Positions 1 to 10,186 are shown, counted from the stretch's first letter. The stretch: 64,000 bases of DNA from Loktanella sp. (GCA_017542965.1 JAFWEI010000008.1:16920-80919); one strand, 5' to 3'. The notes: generated by a model not told the origin, from the sequence alone. Program-made: numbers and translations.

Positions 1-2
1 CG

Positions 3-950
3 ATTTCGGGCGGGGAGCGCGCGCTTTACCACGCGCTTTATCCCGCGCGGCATGCGCTGCAGTCCTCGGACATGTTCGCGCAGTCCTGCGGTCTGCCGTT
101 CAGCCCGCTGGATGATCTGGTGACGTTCCATACTGTGTTTGGCAAAACGGTGCCGGATGTCTCGTTGAACGCTGTCGCCAATCTGGGCTATGCGGAGGGG
201 CGCTGGTTGCGACCGGTCTATCCTGGCGACACGCTGACAGCGGTGTCGGAGGTGATCGGGATCAAGGAAAATTCGAACGGCACATCAGGGGTGGTCTGGG
301 TCCGCACGACGGGCCGCAACCAGCATGGCGCAGATGTGCTGCGCTATGTGCGCTGGGTGATGGTGCGTAAGCGCGGGTCGGGACCCGCGCCACGGGCGGT
401 TGTGCCGGACCTCGCGCCTTTTGTTGCCGCCTCCGACCTGGTCATTCCCGCAGGGCTGGATTTCGGCCGCTATGATTTTGCATTGGCCGGAGAGCCGCAC
501 CGCCTGCGTGATTATGCTGTAGGCGAGGTGATCGACCATGTTGACGGGGTCACGATCGAGGAGGCCGAGCATATGCTGGCCACCCGCCTGTGGCAGAACA
601 CCGCCAAGGTGCATTTTGACGCCACCAACCGTGCCGATGGCAAAAGGCTGATCTATGGCGGGCATGTGATGTCGTTGGCGCGGGCCTTGTCGTTCAACGG
701 GTTGGCCAATGCGCAGATGATCGTGGCGCTGAACGGCGGCGCGCATGCGAACCCCTGTTTTGCAGGCGATACGCTGCGTGCCTGGTCGGAAGTGCTGGAT
801 CTCGCCGAAACAGCCGCCCCCGGCGTGGGCGCGATCCGGCTGCGGCTGGTCGCGACCAAAGGGGCGGCGGGCGTGTTGCGCGGGGCGGATGGCAAATATG
901 ACGCGCATGTGCTGCTGGACCTTGATTACTGGGCGCTCATGCCGGTTTGA
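3..950 (+). CDS. mch: Mesaconyl-CoA hydratase (double MaoC/hot-dog fold), 5'-truncated by the window edge
   Basis: Frame is open from position 3 (ISGGERALYHALYPARHAL..., upstream of the listed ATG at 72). Contains FGKTVPDVSLNAVANLGY and WQNTAKVHFD, matching Rhodobacter Mch; position upstream of sdhC is as recalled for Rhodobacter. Confidence 0.85.
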   Translation: MSGGERALYHALYPARHALQSSDMFAQSCGLPFSPLDDLVTFHTVFGKTVPDVSLNAVANLGYAEGRWLRPVYPGDTLTAVSEVIGIKENSNGTSGVVWVRTTGRNQHGADVLRYVRWVMVRKRGSGPAPRAVVPDLAPFVAASDLVIPAGLDFGRYDFALAGEPHRLRDYAVGEVIDHVDGVTIEEAEHMLATRLWQNTAKVHFDATNRADGKRLIYGGHVMSLARALSFNGLANAQMIVALNGGAHANPCFAGDTLRAWSEVLDLAETAAPGVGAIRLRLVATKGAAGVLRGADGKYDAHVLLDLDYWALMPV

Positions 951-970
951 CATCGCTGGCGCGATGCCAA

Positions 971-1003
971 GCCTCCGGCGGGGATATTTGGGCTCTGAAG
1001 ATG
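971..1003 (+). repeat. Dispersed 33-bp intergenic repeat, copy 1 (GCCTCCGGCGGGGATATTTGGGCTCTGAAGATG)
   Basis: One mismatch to the consensus seen at 28178, 55201 and 57388; starts 21 nt after the mch stop. Confidence 0.9.
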
Positions 1004-1009
1004 GGGAGG

Positions 1010-1045
1010 GTGTGATCACACGCGAAAAATTTGTGATCACAAATT
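1010..1045. promoter_or_regulatory. Tandem palindromic operator-like sites upstream of sdhC
   Basis: TGTGATCACA at 1011-1020 and 1032-1041 (21 bp apart); the second extends to a perfect 18-bp palindrome AATTTGTGATCACAAATT (1028-1045). Confidence 0.6.
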
Positions 1046-1180
1046 GGAAAAACTGCGCGGCCGCGACGGAATGAAGCGCAAAAACACTTGTGCTGCGCGT
1101 GACTCTGGCAATGGAATGGTGCAAGTAGGAAGCCAATGCGCTGTCGTGCCGGACCGCGCGCGCCACTGAAGGGAAGCACT

Positions 1181-1564
1181 ATGGCCGATGTGAACCGGGG
1201 CAATCGCCCGCTTTCACCGCATCTGACGATTTATCGCCCGCAATGGACCTCGATCACCTCGATCCTTGTACGGATCACGGGCAATGCCTTGTTGGTCGCG
1301 GGGCTGCTGATCGTGTGGTGGTTCGTGGCCGCGGCGACCGGACCTGCGGCGTTTGCGCTGGCGGACGGTGTGCTGACCAGCTGGTTTGGCAAAGTGGTGA
1401 TGCTGGGGTCGATCTGGGCCTTGTGGTACCACAGCCTTGGCGGTTTGCGGCATCTGGTCTGGGATAGTGGCCGGATGCTGGATGTGGCCAGTTCGGAACG
1501 GGCAGGTCAGGCGATGGTCGCCCTGTCGGTCGTGCTGACGATCATCACCGTCATTATTTTGTAA
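1181..1564 (+). CDS. sdhC: Succinate dehydrogenase cytochrome b556 subunit
   Basis: MADVNRGNRPLSPHLTIYRPQ, three hydrophobic helices, HSLGGLRHL; start moved to ATG 1181. Confidence 0.95.
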   Translation: MADVNRGNRPLSPHLTIYRPQWTSITSILVRITGNALLVAGLLIVWWFVAAATGPAAFALADGVLTSWFGKVVMLGSIWALWYHSLGGLRHLVWDSGRMLDVASSERAGQAMVALSVVLTIITVIIL

Positions 1565-1576
1565 GGATCGACCAAG

Positions 1577-1948
1577 ATGGCATTTTTGACAGATCGCAAA
1601 CGCGCGGTGGGCATGGGGTCGGCCAAGTCGGGCACGCATCACCATTGGCAGATGATGGTGACGTCCGTCGCCCTTTTGGTGCTGGTCCCACTTTTTGTTT
1701 TCACCTTCGGCATGATCCTTGGCGCGCCTTATGCCGAAGTCATCGCCTATTACCAGCGCCCGTTTCCGGCGGTGGTGGCCATTCTGACCCTGCTTGTGGG
1801 GTTTTTCCATTTTCGTCTGGGTGTCCAAACCGTGATCGAGGATTATGTCCATGGTTTCGCACGCAAGGCGGCGATCATTTTCATGATCTGCCTTTCTTAT
1901 GCCGCGGCGGGGTTTGCGGTTTTCGCGATCATCCGCATCGCATTGTAA
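1577..1948 (+). CDS. sdhD: Succinate dehydrogenase hydrophobic membrane anchor
   Basis: GMGSAKSGTHHHW, HFRLGVQTVIEDYVH; lies between sdhC and sdhA. Confidence 0.95.
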   Translation: MAFLTDRKRAVGMGSAKSGTHHHWQMMVTSVALLVLVPLFVFTFGMILGAPYAEVIAYYQRPFPAVVAILTLLVGFFHFRLGVQTVIEDYVHGFARKAAIIFMICLSYAAAGFAVFAIIRIAL

Positions 1949-1966
1949 TTTTCGGAGCACGACCAC

Positions 1967-3772
1967 ATGGCCGCTTATGATTACGAGACACATACCTATG
2001 ACGCCATCGTCGTAGGGGCCGGGGGCGCGGGTCTGCGCGCGACCTTGGGGCTGGCCGAACAGGGCCTGCGCACCGCCTGCATCACCAAGGTGTTCCCGAC
2101 ACGGTCGCACACCGTTGCAGCCCAAGGCGGCATTGCTGCCAGCCTTGGCAATATGGGCCCTGACAGCTGGCAATGGCATATGTTCGACACTGTCAAAGGG
2201 TCGGATTATCTGGGCGATACCGATGCGATGGAATATCTGGCCCGCGAAGCCCCCAAGGCGGTCTACGAGCTGGAACATTACGGCGTGCCGTTTTCGCGCA
2301 CCGAAGAGGGCAAGATCTATCAGCGCCCCTTTGGCGGCCACACGACCCAGTTTGGTGAAGGCCCCGCCGTGCAGCGCACCTGTGCAGCTGCCGACCGCAC
2401 CGGCCATGCGATCCTGCACACGCTTTATGGTCAGTCGCTGAAACAGAAGGCCGAGTTCTATATCGAATATTTCGCGCTCGACCTGATCATGTCCGATGAC
2501 GGTGTCTGTCAGGGCGTCATCGCATGGAAGCTCGACGATGGCACCATGCATGTGTTCAACGCCAAGATGGTGGTGCTGGCCACCGGCGGCTATGGCCGCG
2601 CCTATTTCAGCGCCACATCCGCCCATACCTGCACCGGTGACGGTGGCGGCATGGTCGCGCGGCAGGGCCTGCCCTTGCAGGATATGGAATTCGTGCAGTT
2701 CCATCCCACCGGCATTTACGGCGCAGGCTGCCTGATCACCGAAGGCGCGCGCGGCGAAGGCGGCTATCTGACCAATTCCGAAGGCGAGCGTTTCATGGAA
2801 CGCTATGCCCCGAACTACAAAGACCTTGCCCCGCGCGATTACGTCAGCCGCTGCATGACGATGGAAATCCGTGAAGGCCGCGGTGTGGGTGCGAATGGCG
2901 ACCATATCCACCTGAACCTGAACCACCTGCCGAAAGAGGCTTTGGCAGAACGTCTGCCCGGCATTTCCGAAAGCGCCAAGATTTTTGCCGGCGTCGATGT
3001 GACCAAGGAACCGATCCCTGTTTTGCCGACCGTGCATTACAACATGGGCGGTATTCCGACGAATTATCATGGCGAGGTACTGAACCCCACCGCCGCGAAC
3101 CCCACCGCGATCGTGCCCGGCCTGATGGCCGTGGGCGAGGCGGGCTGTGCCTCTGTGCATGGCGCGAACCGGTTGGGGTCGAACAGCCTGATCGATCTTG
3201 TGGTTTTTGGCCGTGCCGCCGCGATCCGGGCGGGCCATGTCGTGGACCGCAAGGCTGCCAATCCGACCCTGAACAAGGCGTCTGTCGATGCCAGCTTTGG
3301 CCGGTTCGACCGGTTGCGCCATGCCAAGGGCAACGTCGGCACGGCCGAGCTGCGTCTAGAAATGCAGCGCGCCATGCAGGAAGACGCCGCCGTGTTCCGC
3401 ACCGACAAGACGCTGGCCGAAGGTGTCGCCAAGATGACCGCGATTGCGGGCAAGATGGATGATCTGAAGGTCACCGACCGGTCCTTGGTCTGGAACAGCG
3501 ACCTGATGGAAACGCTGGAACTGGACAACCTGATGCCGAACGCATTGGCAACCATCGTGGGCGCCGAGGCCCGCAAGGAAAGCCGCGGTGCCCATGCGCA
3601 TGAGGATTACCCCGACCGCGACGATGCGAAATGGCGGGTTCACACGCTGGCCTATGTCGATGGCGCGAAAACGACGCTGGCCTATCGCCCCGTCATCACC
3701 AAGCCGCTGACATCCGAGGCCGAAGGCGGGATTGCCGAAGACCGGATCAAGCCGAAAGTGCGCACCTTCTGA
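1967..3772 (+). CDS. sdhA: Succinate dehydrogenase flavoprotein subunit
   Basis: GAGGAG FAD motif, [10 protein letters not shown] covalent-FAD His, [17 protein letters not shown]. Confidence 0.98.
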   Translation: MAAYDYETHTYDAIVVGAGGAGLRATLGLAEQGLRTACITKVFPTRSHTVAAQGGIAASLGNMGPDSWQWHMFDTVKGSDYLGDTDAMEYLAREAPKAVYELEHYGVPFSRTEEGKIYQRPFGGHTTQFGEGPAVQRTCAAADRTGHAILHTLYGQSLKQKAEFYIEYFALDLIMSDDGVCQGVIAWKLDDGTMHVFNAKMVVLATGGYGRAYFSATSAHTCTGDGGGMVARQGLPLQDMEFVQFHPTGIYGAGCLITEGARGEGGYLTNSEGERFMERYAPNYKDLAPRDYVSRCMTMEIREGRGVGANGDHIHLNLNHLPKEALAERLPGISESAKIFAGVDVTKEPIPVLPTVHYNMGGIPTNYHGEVLNPTAANPTAIVPGLMAVGEAGCASVHGANRLGSNSLIDLVVFGRAAAIRAGHVVDRKAANPTLNKASVDASFGRFDRLRHAKGNVGTAELRLEMQRAMQEDAAVFRTDKTLAEGVAKMTAIAGKMDDLKVTDRSLVWNSDLMETLELDNLMPNALATIVGAEARKESRGAHAHEDYPDRDDAKWRVHTLAYVDGAKTTLAYRPVITKPLTSEAEGGIAEDRIKPKVRTF

Positions 3773-4047
3773 TGCGCTGGGCGGCGGGCCTTTTGTTGGG
3801 GCTGGCGGCCTGCGGTCCGGTATCACCGGAACGCGCCGCCGACCGCTGCGAGGAACGCGCCCGCGCCGCACAGGGGCCGACGATTGGCCTGACGCTGGGG
3901 GCGAACAGCAACAGCGGACCTTTTGCCAGCGGCAGTATTGGGATCACATCCGATGCGATCCGCGGGCGCGATCCTGTGCAGCTATATGATGAATGCGTGT
4001 TCCGGCTGACCGGTGAAATGCCGGTCCGGCCGGTGCGGCTGCGGTGA
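3772..4047 (+). CDS. Small putative lipoprotein, translationally coupled to sdhA
   Basis: ATG overlaps the sdhA stop (TGATG); [14 protein letters not shown] signal with lipobox LAAC; 91 aa with three Cys. Confidence 0.7.
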   Translation: MRWAAGLLLGLAACGPVSPERAADRCEERARAAQGPTIGLTLGANSNSGPFASGSIGITSDAIRGRDPVQLYDECVFRLTGEMPVRPVRLR

Positions 4048-4100
4048 TCATCGCGCGCCAGCGGTGACAAAAGCCATCGTATGGTCGATGCAGGCTGTCG

Positions 4101-5148
4101 TCATGCTGTTACTGGTCCCAGACTGCTAATGGCGGTGGTGAGCGACGCCGCGATCAGGTCACTGCGGGTCGATTGTGCGAAATCAAGGCACAGCAGGCGT
4201 CTTTGCTGCAATTCATCATCGCTCATGTCGATCAGCCGCTTCATCATCTGCACTAGCGGTTTGGGGCGTTGGCCATCATAAAGCAGATCGTGGTTGCCGG
4301 GCGGGGTGATGGCGCGCATTTCTGCGCGGTCTGGGCCGATCACCGGCAGGCCGAAGGTTTGCGCCAGCATGACGCTGCCCGATGTGAAGAAATCACCAAA
4401 AGGCGCAAGAAACACCTGCGCGGCGCCAAAGATGTCGGGCACATCGGCATCGGGGATGAACCCGTCCCTGACGCTGACCTGCGGCAGATCAAGCACCGGC
4501 TGCATCCGCCGCATCGCGCGGCGCATGGTCTTGCCCGCGATCAAGAGGTCGAAATTTGTCCAATGGCGCGCCAGCCGCGCAATGGTGTCGGGCAGCAGTG
4601 CGATCCCCTTGTTGCCGCGCATCGTGCCAAAGAACAAAAACCGGCGGTTGGGTGATGATGGCAGCGGGCGGCCCAAGGTGACCCCGGCCGGTTCATAGGC
4701 ACCCAGATAGCTGGGATGCGGGATGATCCTGATTTTTTCCGGGGCCACGCCCCAATCCTCGATCATATGCTGCGCGGCATGTGGGGCATGGACATGCACC
4801 AGATCGGCCAGCGCGCAAAGCTGGCCACGCCCCCCAGGCGAAACTTTCGGCATCACGTTCGAAATGGGCGCGTTTGTTATGGATCGTCCAAAAGATCTTG
4901 CCACCCGCATCCTTGAACGCCTGCAACCGATCAACCAGTGTTTGTGCGTTAATCCGGTTCGCATCCGGGTCGTCATCGCGCCCGAACATCCGGTCATCCC
5001 AATGCAGATGCACAACGGGGCTGACCTGCCCTGCGGCATATTGTGCAAGCTGGCCCAGATCCTTGGCCCCCGCCAACGGGACATAAGGCCCCGCAGGTCC
5101 ATAAAGCAACCGGTGATACGGGTTCCCATGCGCATAGGGTATGTTCAA
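4101..5148 (-). pseudogene. GT-B glycosyltransferase (GT4-like/GumI-like motif pattern), frameshifted at a G6 run
   Basis: N-terminal motifs (GNPY, VHLHW, WTIHN) are in ORF 4693-5148; C-terminal motifs (ADLVHVH, PHPSY, FFGTMRGNKG, FTSGSVMLAQTFGLPV) are in ORF 4101-5135. Removing one C from the C6 run at 4830-4835 fuses them. TTG start at 5148 is uncertain. Confidence 0.8.
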
Positions 5149-5349
5149 GATACTGATAATAGTAACAAATTCCTAATAAACACACATGGTTGGACAGCTT
5201 TTGTCCCAATCACACCGCGCTGTCGCAACGCGCGACGTTGACGGCGGAGACAATGCTTTGAATACAGTACTTTCGATCCTGCTGGAAAGGCTATATGTCT
5301 TGGGTAACACCAGCAATCGACGATGAAGACGCGGATAAAGGTCTGAAAA

Positions 5350-6129
5350 ATGGTACAACTGACACTTCCAAAAAATTCCCGGATGACGACAGGCAAGACC
5401 TGGCCAAAGCCCGCGGGTGCGACCAATCTGCGCAAGGTGCAGGTCTATCGCTGGAATCCCGAGGACGGGAAGAACCCGCAACTGGATACCTATTTTCTGG
5501 ATATGGACAGCTGCGGGCCGATGGTTCTGGATGCGCTGATCAAGATCAAGAATGAAATCGACCCGACCCTGACATTCCGCCGGTCCTGCCGCGAGGGGAT
5601 TTGCGGGTCTTGTGCGATGAACATCGACGGGATCAACACGCTGGCCTGTATCTATGGCATGGACGAGATCAAGGGCGACATCAAGATTTACCCCCTGCCG
5701 CATATGCCCGTGATCAAGGACCTGATCCCCGATCTGACCCATTTCTATGCGCAGCATGCCAGCATCATGCCGTGGCTCGAGACCAAGTCGAACACCCCCG
5801 CCAAGGAATGGAAGCAATCGGTCGATGACCGCAAAAAGCTGGACGGTCTGTACGAATGCGTCATGTGCGCCTGCTGTTCGACATCCTGCCCGTCGTACTG
5901 GTGGAACGGCGACCGGTATCTGGGGCCAGCCGCGCTGTTGCATGCCTATCGCTGGATCGTGGACAGCCGCGACGAGGCCACGGGTGAGCGGCTGGATGAA
6001 CTGGAAGATCCGTTCAAGCTTTATCGTTGCCACACGATCATGAACTGCGCCAAGACCTGCCCCAAGGGGTTGAACCCGGCCAAGGCGATTGCCAGCATCA
6101 AGGGCATGATGGTGGAGCGGGTGGTCTAA
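5350..6129 (+). CDS. sdhB: Succinate dehydrogenase iron-sulfur subunit
   Basis: [21 protein letters not shown] and [12 protein letters not shown] Fe-S motifs. Confidence 0.98.
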   Translation: MVQLTLPKNSRMTTGKTWPKPAGATNLRKVQVYRWNPEDGKNPQLDTYFLDMDSCGPMVLDALIKIKNEIDPTLTFRRSCREGICGSCAMNIDGINTLACIYGMDEIKGDIKIYPLPHMPVIKDLIPDLTHFYAQHASIMPWLETKSNTPAKEWKQSVDDRKKLDGLYECVMCACCSTSCPSYWWNGDRYLGPAALLHAYRWIVDSRDEATGERLDELEDPFKLYRCHTIMNCAKTCPKGLNPAKAIASIKGMMVERVV

Positions 6130-6139
6130 AAACTTTGTT

Positions 6140-6172
6140 GCCTCCGGCGGGGATATTTAGGCTCGAAAGATG
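6140..6172 (+). repeat. Dispersed 33-bp repeat, copy 2 (GCCTCCGGCGGGGATATTTAGGCTCGAAAGATG)
   Basis: Starts 11 nt after the sdhB stop; its terminal ATG coincides with the first ATG of the next ORF. Confidence 0.9.
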
Positions 6173-7015
6173 ATGAATATTCCCGATGATGCCGATGCGC
6201 GGCGCGCCGTTACACCGGTGATCTGCTATCCCACCGATAGCTTGCCGCGCCCTGATATGGCCGTTTTGCAGGCGGCTGCGGCGGCGGCGCAGGGGGCGGA
6301 GCGTGTTGTAGTTCCGCCACGCGATGCGGCGGCGATCCGCGTGCCTGCGGGGTCTGTGTTGCGGATTTCTGCGGTGGATGGGCCGCAGGTCGGTGATCTG
6401 AACCTGTTTGCCGCCGATAATCTGGATGAGCGTTTTTATTCCGGCAAGACCCGTGCCTTGCATGGCACCCATGTCACGACGGGCGACAGGCTCTGGTCGT
6501 CGTTTCCCTATCTGCGGCCGATGGCGACCATCGTGGCCGATACGCTGGGCTGGTACGGGATCGACCAGTTTGGCGGGTCGGTGCATGATGTGATCGGCAC
6601 GCGCTGCGATCCTTATACGGGGCGTTTGCTGGCGGGGGTGGATTACCACCAGTGCTGCCATTCCAACCTGACCCGCGCCTTGGCCGATGCGGTGCAATTG
6701 CCCTTGGCACAGGCGGAACGCCATGTGCATGACGTGCTGAATGTCTTTATGTGTACCGGTTTCACCCGTGACACCGGCCAGTATTTCATGAAAGCCAGCC
6801 CGGTGCGTCCGGGGGATTATATCGATCTGTTCGCGGAAATCGATCTGCTGGCGGTGCTGAGCGCCTGTCCGGGCGGCGATTGCAGTGCCGAACATTCATC
6901 CGATACTGCGGCCTGCTATCCTTTGGTCATGGAACGGCGGGTGCCGCGGGCCGGTGATCTGGACGGCTGGGTGCCGCCTGAGGTCAACGCCTATGAGGGG
7001 TCGCACGGCCGCTAG
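6170..7015 (+). CDS. Urea-carboxylase-associated family protein (DUF1989)
   Basis: [35 protein letters not shown] and SACPGGDCS motifs; start could be 6173. Confidence 0.8.
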   Translation: MMNIPDDADARRAVTPVICYPTDSLPRPDMAVLQAAAAAAQGAERVVVPPRDAAAIRVPAGSVLRISAVDGPQVGDLNLFAADNLDERFYSGKTRALHGTHVTTGDRLWSSFPYLRPMATIVADTLGWYGIDQFGGSVHDVIGTRCDPYTGRLLAGVDYHQCCHSNLTRALADAVQLPLAQAERHVHDVLNVFMCTGFTRDTGQYFMKASPVRPGDYIDLFAEIDLLAVLSACPGGDCSAEHSSDTAACYPLVMERRVPRAGDLDGWVPPEVNAYEGSHGR

Positions 7016-7716
7016 GCAAAGGCTGCTTGCAAGGCGATTTCCACCATGTCGCCGAAGCTGCGTTCGCGGTCTTCGGCGGGCAGGGCGTCATGCGTGATCA
7101 GGTGGTCGCTGACTGTCAGAACCGCCAGCGCGCGCCGGTTGTAGCGTGCGGCAAGGATGTAAAGCTCGGCCGCTTCCATTTCCACGGCAAGGATGCCGTG
7201 CCGCATCATCTGGTCATTCAGGTCGGGCCGTTCGTCATAGAACACATCCGAGGAATAGATCCCGCCGACATGGGTGGTCGTGCCTTTGGCCAGTGCGGCC
7301 CGATGCGCCGCTGTCAGCAGCCCGAAATCGGCGCAGGGTGCGAAATTCAGATCCTTGAAGATCCCGCGCGACGGTGTTGACAGCGTTGTGGCTGTCATGG
7401 CGAGGATCACGTCGCGGATGCCGATATGGTCCTGCATGCCGCCGCAGGACCCGATCCTGATCAGGGTTTGCGCATCGTAGTCGCGGATCAGTTCATTGGC
7501 ATAGATCGACAGCGACGGCATCCCCATGCCGGACCCCTGGATCGTGACCGGATGACCGTGCCATGTGCCGGTATAGCCCAGCATCCCGCGCACCTGGTTG
7601 ATGCAGCGCGCATCGTCCAGAAACGTCTCTGCCGCCCATTTCGCGCGGTAGGGGTCGCCAGGCATCAGCACGGTCGGGGCGATATCGTCTTTTGCTGCGC
7701 CGATATGGACTGTCAT
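7012..7716 (-). CDS. deoD: Purine nucleoside phosphorylase, DeoD type
   Basis: MTVHIGA...[32 protein letters not shown]; start moved to 7716. Confidence 0.95.
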   Translation of the reverse strand: MTVHIGAAKDDIAPTVLMPGDPYRAKWAAETFLDDARCINQVRGMLGYTGTWHGHPVTIQGSGMGMPSLSIYANELIRDYDAQTLIRIGSCGGMQDHIGIRDVILAMTATTLSTPSRGIFKDLNFAPCADFGLLTAAHRAALAKGTTTHVGGIYSSDVFYDERPDLNDQMMRHGILAVEMEAAELYILAARYNRRALAVLTVSDHLITHDALPAEDRERSFGDMVEIALQAAFA

Positions 7717-7760
7717 CAGCGTCTCCTGTCGTTGCAGCAAAGCGCGCCGGGGGCGTCTAG

Positions 7761-7787
7761 GCGGGAAAGGGTCAGGCCCTTTCCCGC
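7761..7787 (-). terminator. Stem-loop downstream of the H-NS gene
   Basis: GCGGGAAAGGG-TCAGG-CCCTTTCCCGC, an 11-bp stem just past the H-NS stop. Confidence 0.7.
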
Positions 7788-7794
7788 GTTTGTT

Positions 7795-8121
7795 TCAGAT
7801 TTCCATCGCTTCAGGCGAGGTGCCGTTGGACAGCGCGTCCTTGAACCAGGCGGGCTGGCGGCCTTTGCCGGTCCAGGTCTGGGTGGTATCGGCAGGATTG
7901 CGGTATTTCGCGGGCGCCGAAGATTTTGGCCCGGTCTTGCCTTTGCGCACAGCCGTGCCGGTGATTTCTGCCAGTGAAAAGCCGTGTTCCGCTGCGGCCT
8001 TTTCGGCGGCGGCAAGGGCGGCTTTCTTGTCTTTTTCTGCCACGTCAACCATGGCCTTTTCGACTTGCCGCTTCAACGTTTCAAGTTCGCTGCGCGTCAT
8101 GGAGGAAAGGTCTTTGTTCAT
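7795..8121 (-). CDS. hns: H-NS family nucleoid-associated protein (HvrA/Spb-like)
   Basis: KYRNPAD..QTWTGKGRQPAW C-terminal H-NS signature; N-terminal coiled coil; AT-rich upstream region. Confidence 0.9.
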   Translation of the reverse strand: MNKDLSSMTRSELETLKRQVEKAMVDVAEKDKKAALAAAEKAAAEHGFSLAEITGTAVRKGKTGPKSSAPAKYRNPADTTQTWTGKGRQPAWFKDALSNGTSPEAMEI

Positions 8122-8218
8122 CGATGCAAATCCATATTGGTGTTTTGATCAGGATTGCATATCAGTATTGCTATCGAAAGAAAATGAAAACAACTTTTGT
8201 ATAGTCAAAAGGACATGA

Positions 8219-10186
8219 TCATTCGGCTGCCGTCGCGCGCGGATCGGCCAATCTGATGATATCGGCCATAATCTTGTTCAGTTGGAAATCTTTCGGCGTA
8301 TAGACTTTTGCAACACCCATGGCGTGCAATGCAATGGCATCCTCGTCGGGGATGATGCCGCCTGCAACCACAGGTATATCGCCCAGCCCCGCCGCGTGCA
8401 GTTTGGCCATCACATCGCGCACCAGCGGCACATGTGATCCCGACAGGATCGACAGGCCGATCACATGGGCCCCGTTGTCGCGGGCGGAGGCAATGATTTC
8501 ATCGGGTGTCAGGCGGATACCCTCATAGGCGATGTCCATTCCGCAGTCGCGCGCGCGGGCAGCGATTTGTTCGGCCCCGTTCGAATGACCGTCAAGCCCA
8601 GGTTTTCCCATCATAAATTTCAATCTACGCCCCAGCGCGGTGCTGACCTGATTGACCTGTTCGCGCAAATCGTCCAGCCCTTCTGTCCGGTTTGACGGGT
8701 TGGCGCTGACCCCCGTGGGCGCGCGGTACTGGCCGAAAACGGCGCGGATCACGTCGGACCATTCGCCGGTCGTGACCCCCGCCCGCGCACAGGCGATCGA
8801 CGGGATCATGATATTGGTGTTGCTGCTGGCCGCCGCACGCAGGGCGGTCAGGGCTGCGCGCACTTGCTGCGGGTCGCGGGCGGCCTTCCATGCGGCCAGC
8901 CGGTGCAGCTGGTCGGCTTCGGCCTTGGGGTCGGCGACCATGACCGCGTCGTCACCTGCTGTCAGCGGCGAAGGCTCGCCCGCCTGCCATTTGTTGACCC
9001 CGACGACAGTGGTGCTGCCGGTTTCAATGCCGGTGATTCGCGCGGCATTGCTTTCGACCAGACGCGATTTCATATAGCCGATGGCCTTGACCGCCCCGCC
9101 CATGCCGTCGATCTGCGCCAGTTCGGCGCGCGCGCCGTCTTTCAATGCGCTGACCTTGCGGTCGATGGCGGGATTGCCGTCAAACAGATCATCGAATTCC
9201 AGCAGGTCGGTTTCATAGGCCAGAATTTGCTGCATCCTCAAAGACCATTGCTGGTCCCAAGGGCGCGGCAGGCCCAGGGCTTCGTTCCATGCGGGCAATT
9301 GCACGGCGCGGGCGCGGGCATTTTTCGACAGGGTCACCGCCAGCGTTTCCAGCAGAATACGATAGACGTTGTTTTCAGGTTGTTGTTCAGTCAACCCTAG
9401 GGAGTTCACCTGCACGCCATAGCGGAACCGGCGGTATTTGGCGTCCTCGACCCCGTACCGCGTGGCGCAGATTTCGTCCCATAATTCGACAAAGGCGCGC
9501 ATCTTGCACAATTCGGTCACAAACCGGATACCGGCATTCACGAAAAACGAAATCCGCCCGACCATTTCGGGGAAATGTTCGGCAGCCACCTTGCCGCGCA
9601 GGTCGTCCAGCACGGCGGTCGCGGTCGCCAGTGCAAAGGCCAGTTCTTCCTCGGGCGTCGCCCCCGCCTCTTGCAGGTGATAGGAACAGACGTTCATCGG
9701 GTTCCATTTCGGCAGATGTTCACGGGTATAGGCCGCGATATCGGTGATCATCCGCAGGCTGGGTTCGGGCGGGCAGATATAGGTGCCGCGCGACAGATAT
9801 TCCTTGATGATGTCGTTCTGCACGGTGCCTTGCAGTGCGCTGATATCGGCGCCCTGTTCTTCGGCCACGGCGATATACAGCGCCAGCAGCCACGGGGCTG
9901 TCGCGTTGATTGTCATCGATGTGTTCATCTGGTCCAGCGGGATATCGGCAAACAGCATCCGCATATCGCCCAGATGCGCCACCGGCACGCCGACCTTGCC
10001 CACCTCGCCCTTGGCCAGAATATGGTCGCTGTCGTAACCGGTCTGGGTGGGCAGATCAAAGGCGACTGACAGGCCCGTCTGCCCCTTGGCCAGATTGCCG
10101 CGATAGAGCGCGTTGGACGCCGCGGCGGTAGAATGGCCGGCATAGGTGCGGAACAGCCAGGGGCGGTCTTTTTGCATCTGCGACAT
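8219..10186 (-). CDS. ecm: Ethylmalonyl-CoA mutase (MeaA/Ecm), B12-dependent
   Basis: KDRPWLFRTYAGHSTA N-terminus; KPGLDGHSNG B12-binding motif; close to ccr. Confidence 0.95.
   Translation of the reverse strand: MSQMQKDRPWLFRTYAGHSTAAASNALYRGNLAKGQTGLSVAFDLPTQTGYDSDHILAKGEVGKVGVPVAHLGDMRMLFADIPLDQMNTSMTINATAPWLLALYIAVAEEQGADISALQGTVQNDIIKEYLSRGTYICPPEPSLRMITDIAAYTREHLPKWNPMNVCSYHLQEAGATPEEELAFALATATAVLDDLRGKVAAEHFPEMVGRISFFVNAGIRFVTELCKMRAFVELWDEICATRYGVEDAKYRRFRYGVQVNSLGLTEQQPENNVYRILLETLAVTLSKNARARAVQLPAWNEALGLPRPWDQQWSLRMQQILAYETDLLEFDDLFDGNPAIDRKVSALKDGARAELAQIDGMGGAVKAIGYMKSRLVESNAARITGIETGSTTVVGVNKWQAGEPSPLTAGDDAVMVADPKAEADQLHRLAAWKAARDPQQVRAALTALRAAASSNTNIMIPSIACARAGVTTGEWSDVIRAVFGQYRAPTGVSANPSNRTEGLDDLREQVNQVSTALGRRLKFMMGKPGLDGHSNGAEQIAARARDCGMDIAYEGIRLTPDEIIASARDNGAHVIGLSILSGSHVPLVRDVMAKLHAAGLGDIPVVAGGIIPDEDAIALHAMGVAKVYTPKDFQLNKIMADIIRLADPRATAAE

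Noticed and set aside
1214-3322. 702-aa minus-strand ORF opposite sdhCDA
   Set aside because: Antisense shadow of GC-biased genes; no recognisable motifs.
5245-5349. RBS-like GGAGA plus ATG at 5253 upstream of sdhB
   Set aside because: Reads ATG CTT TGA (2 codons); the read-through product resembles nothing I recognise, so I cannot call a pseudogene or leader peptide.
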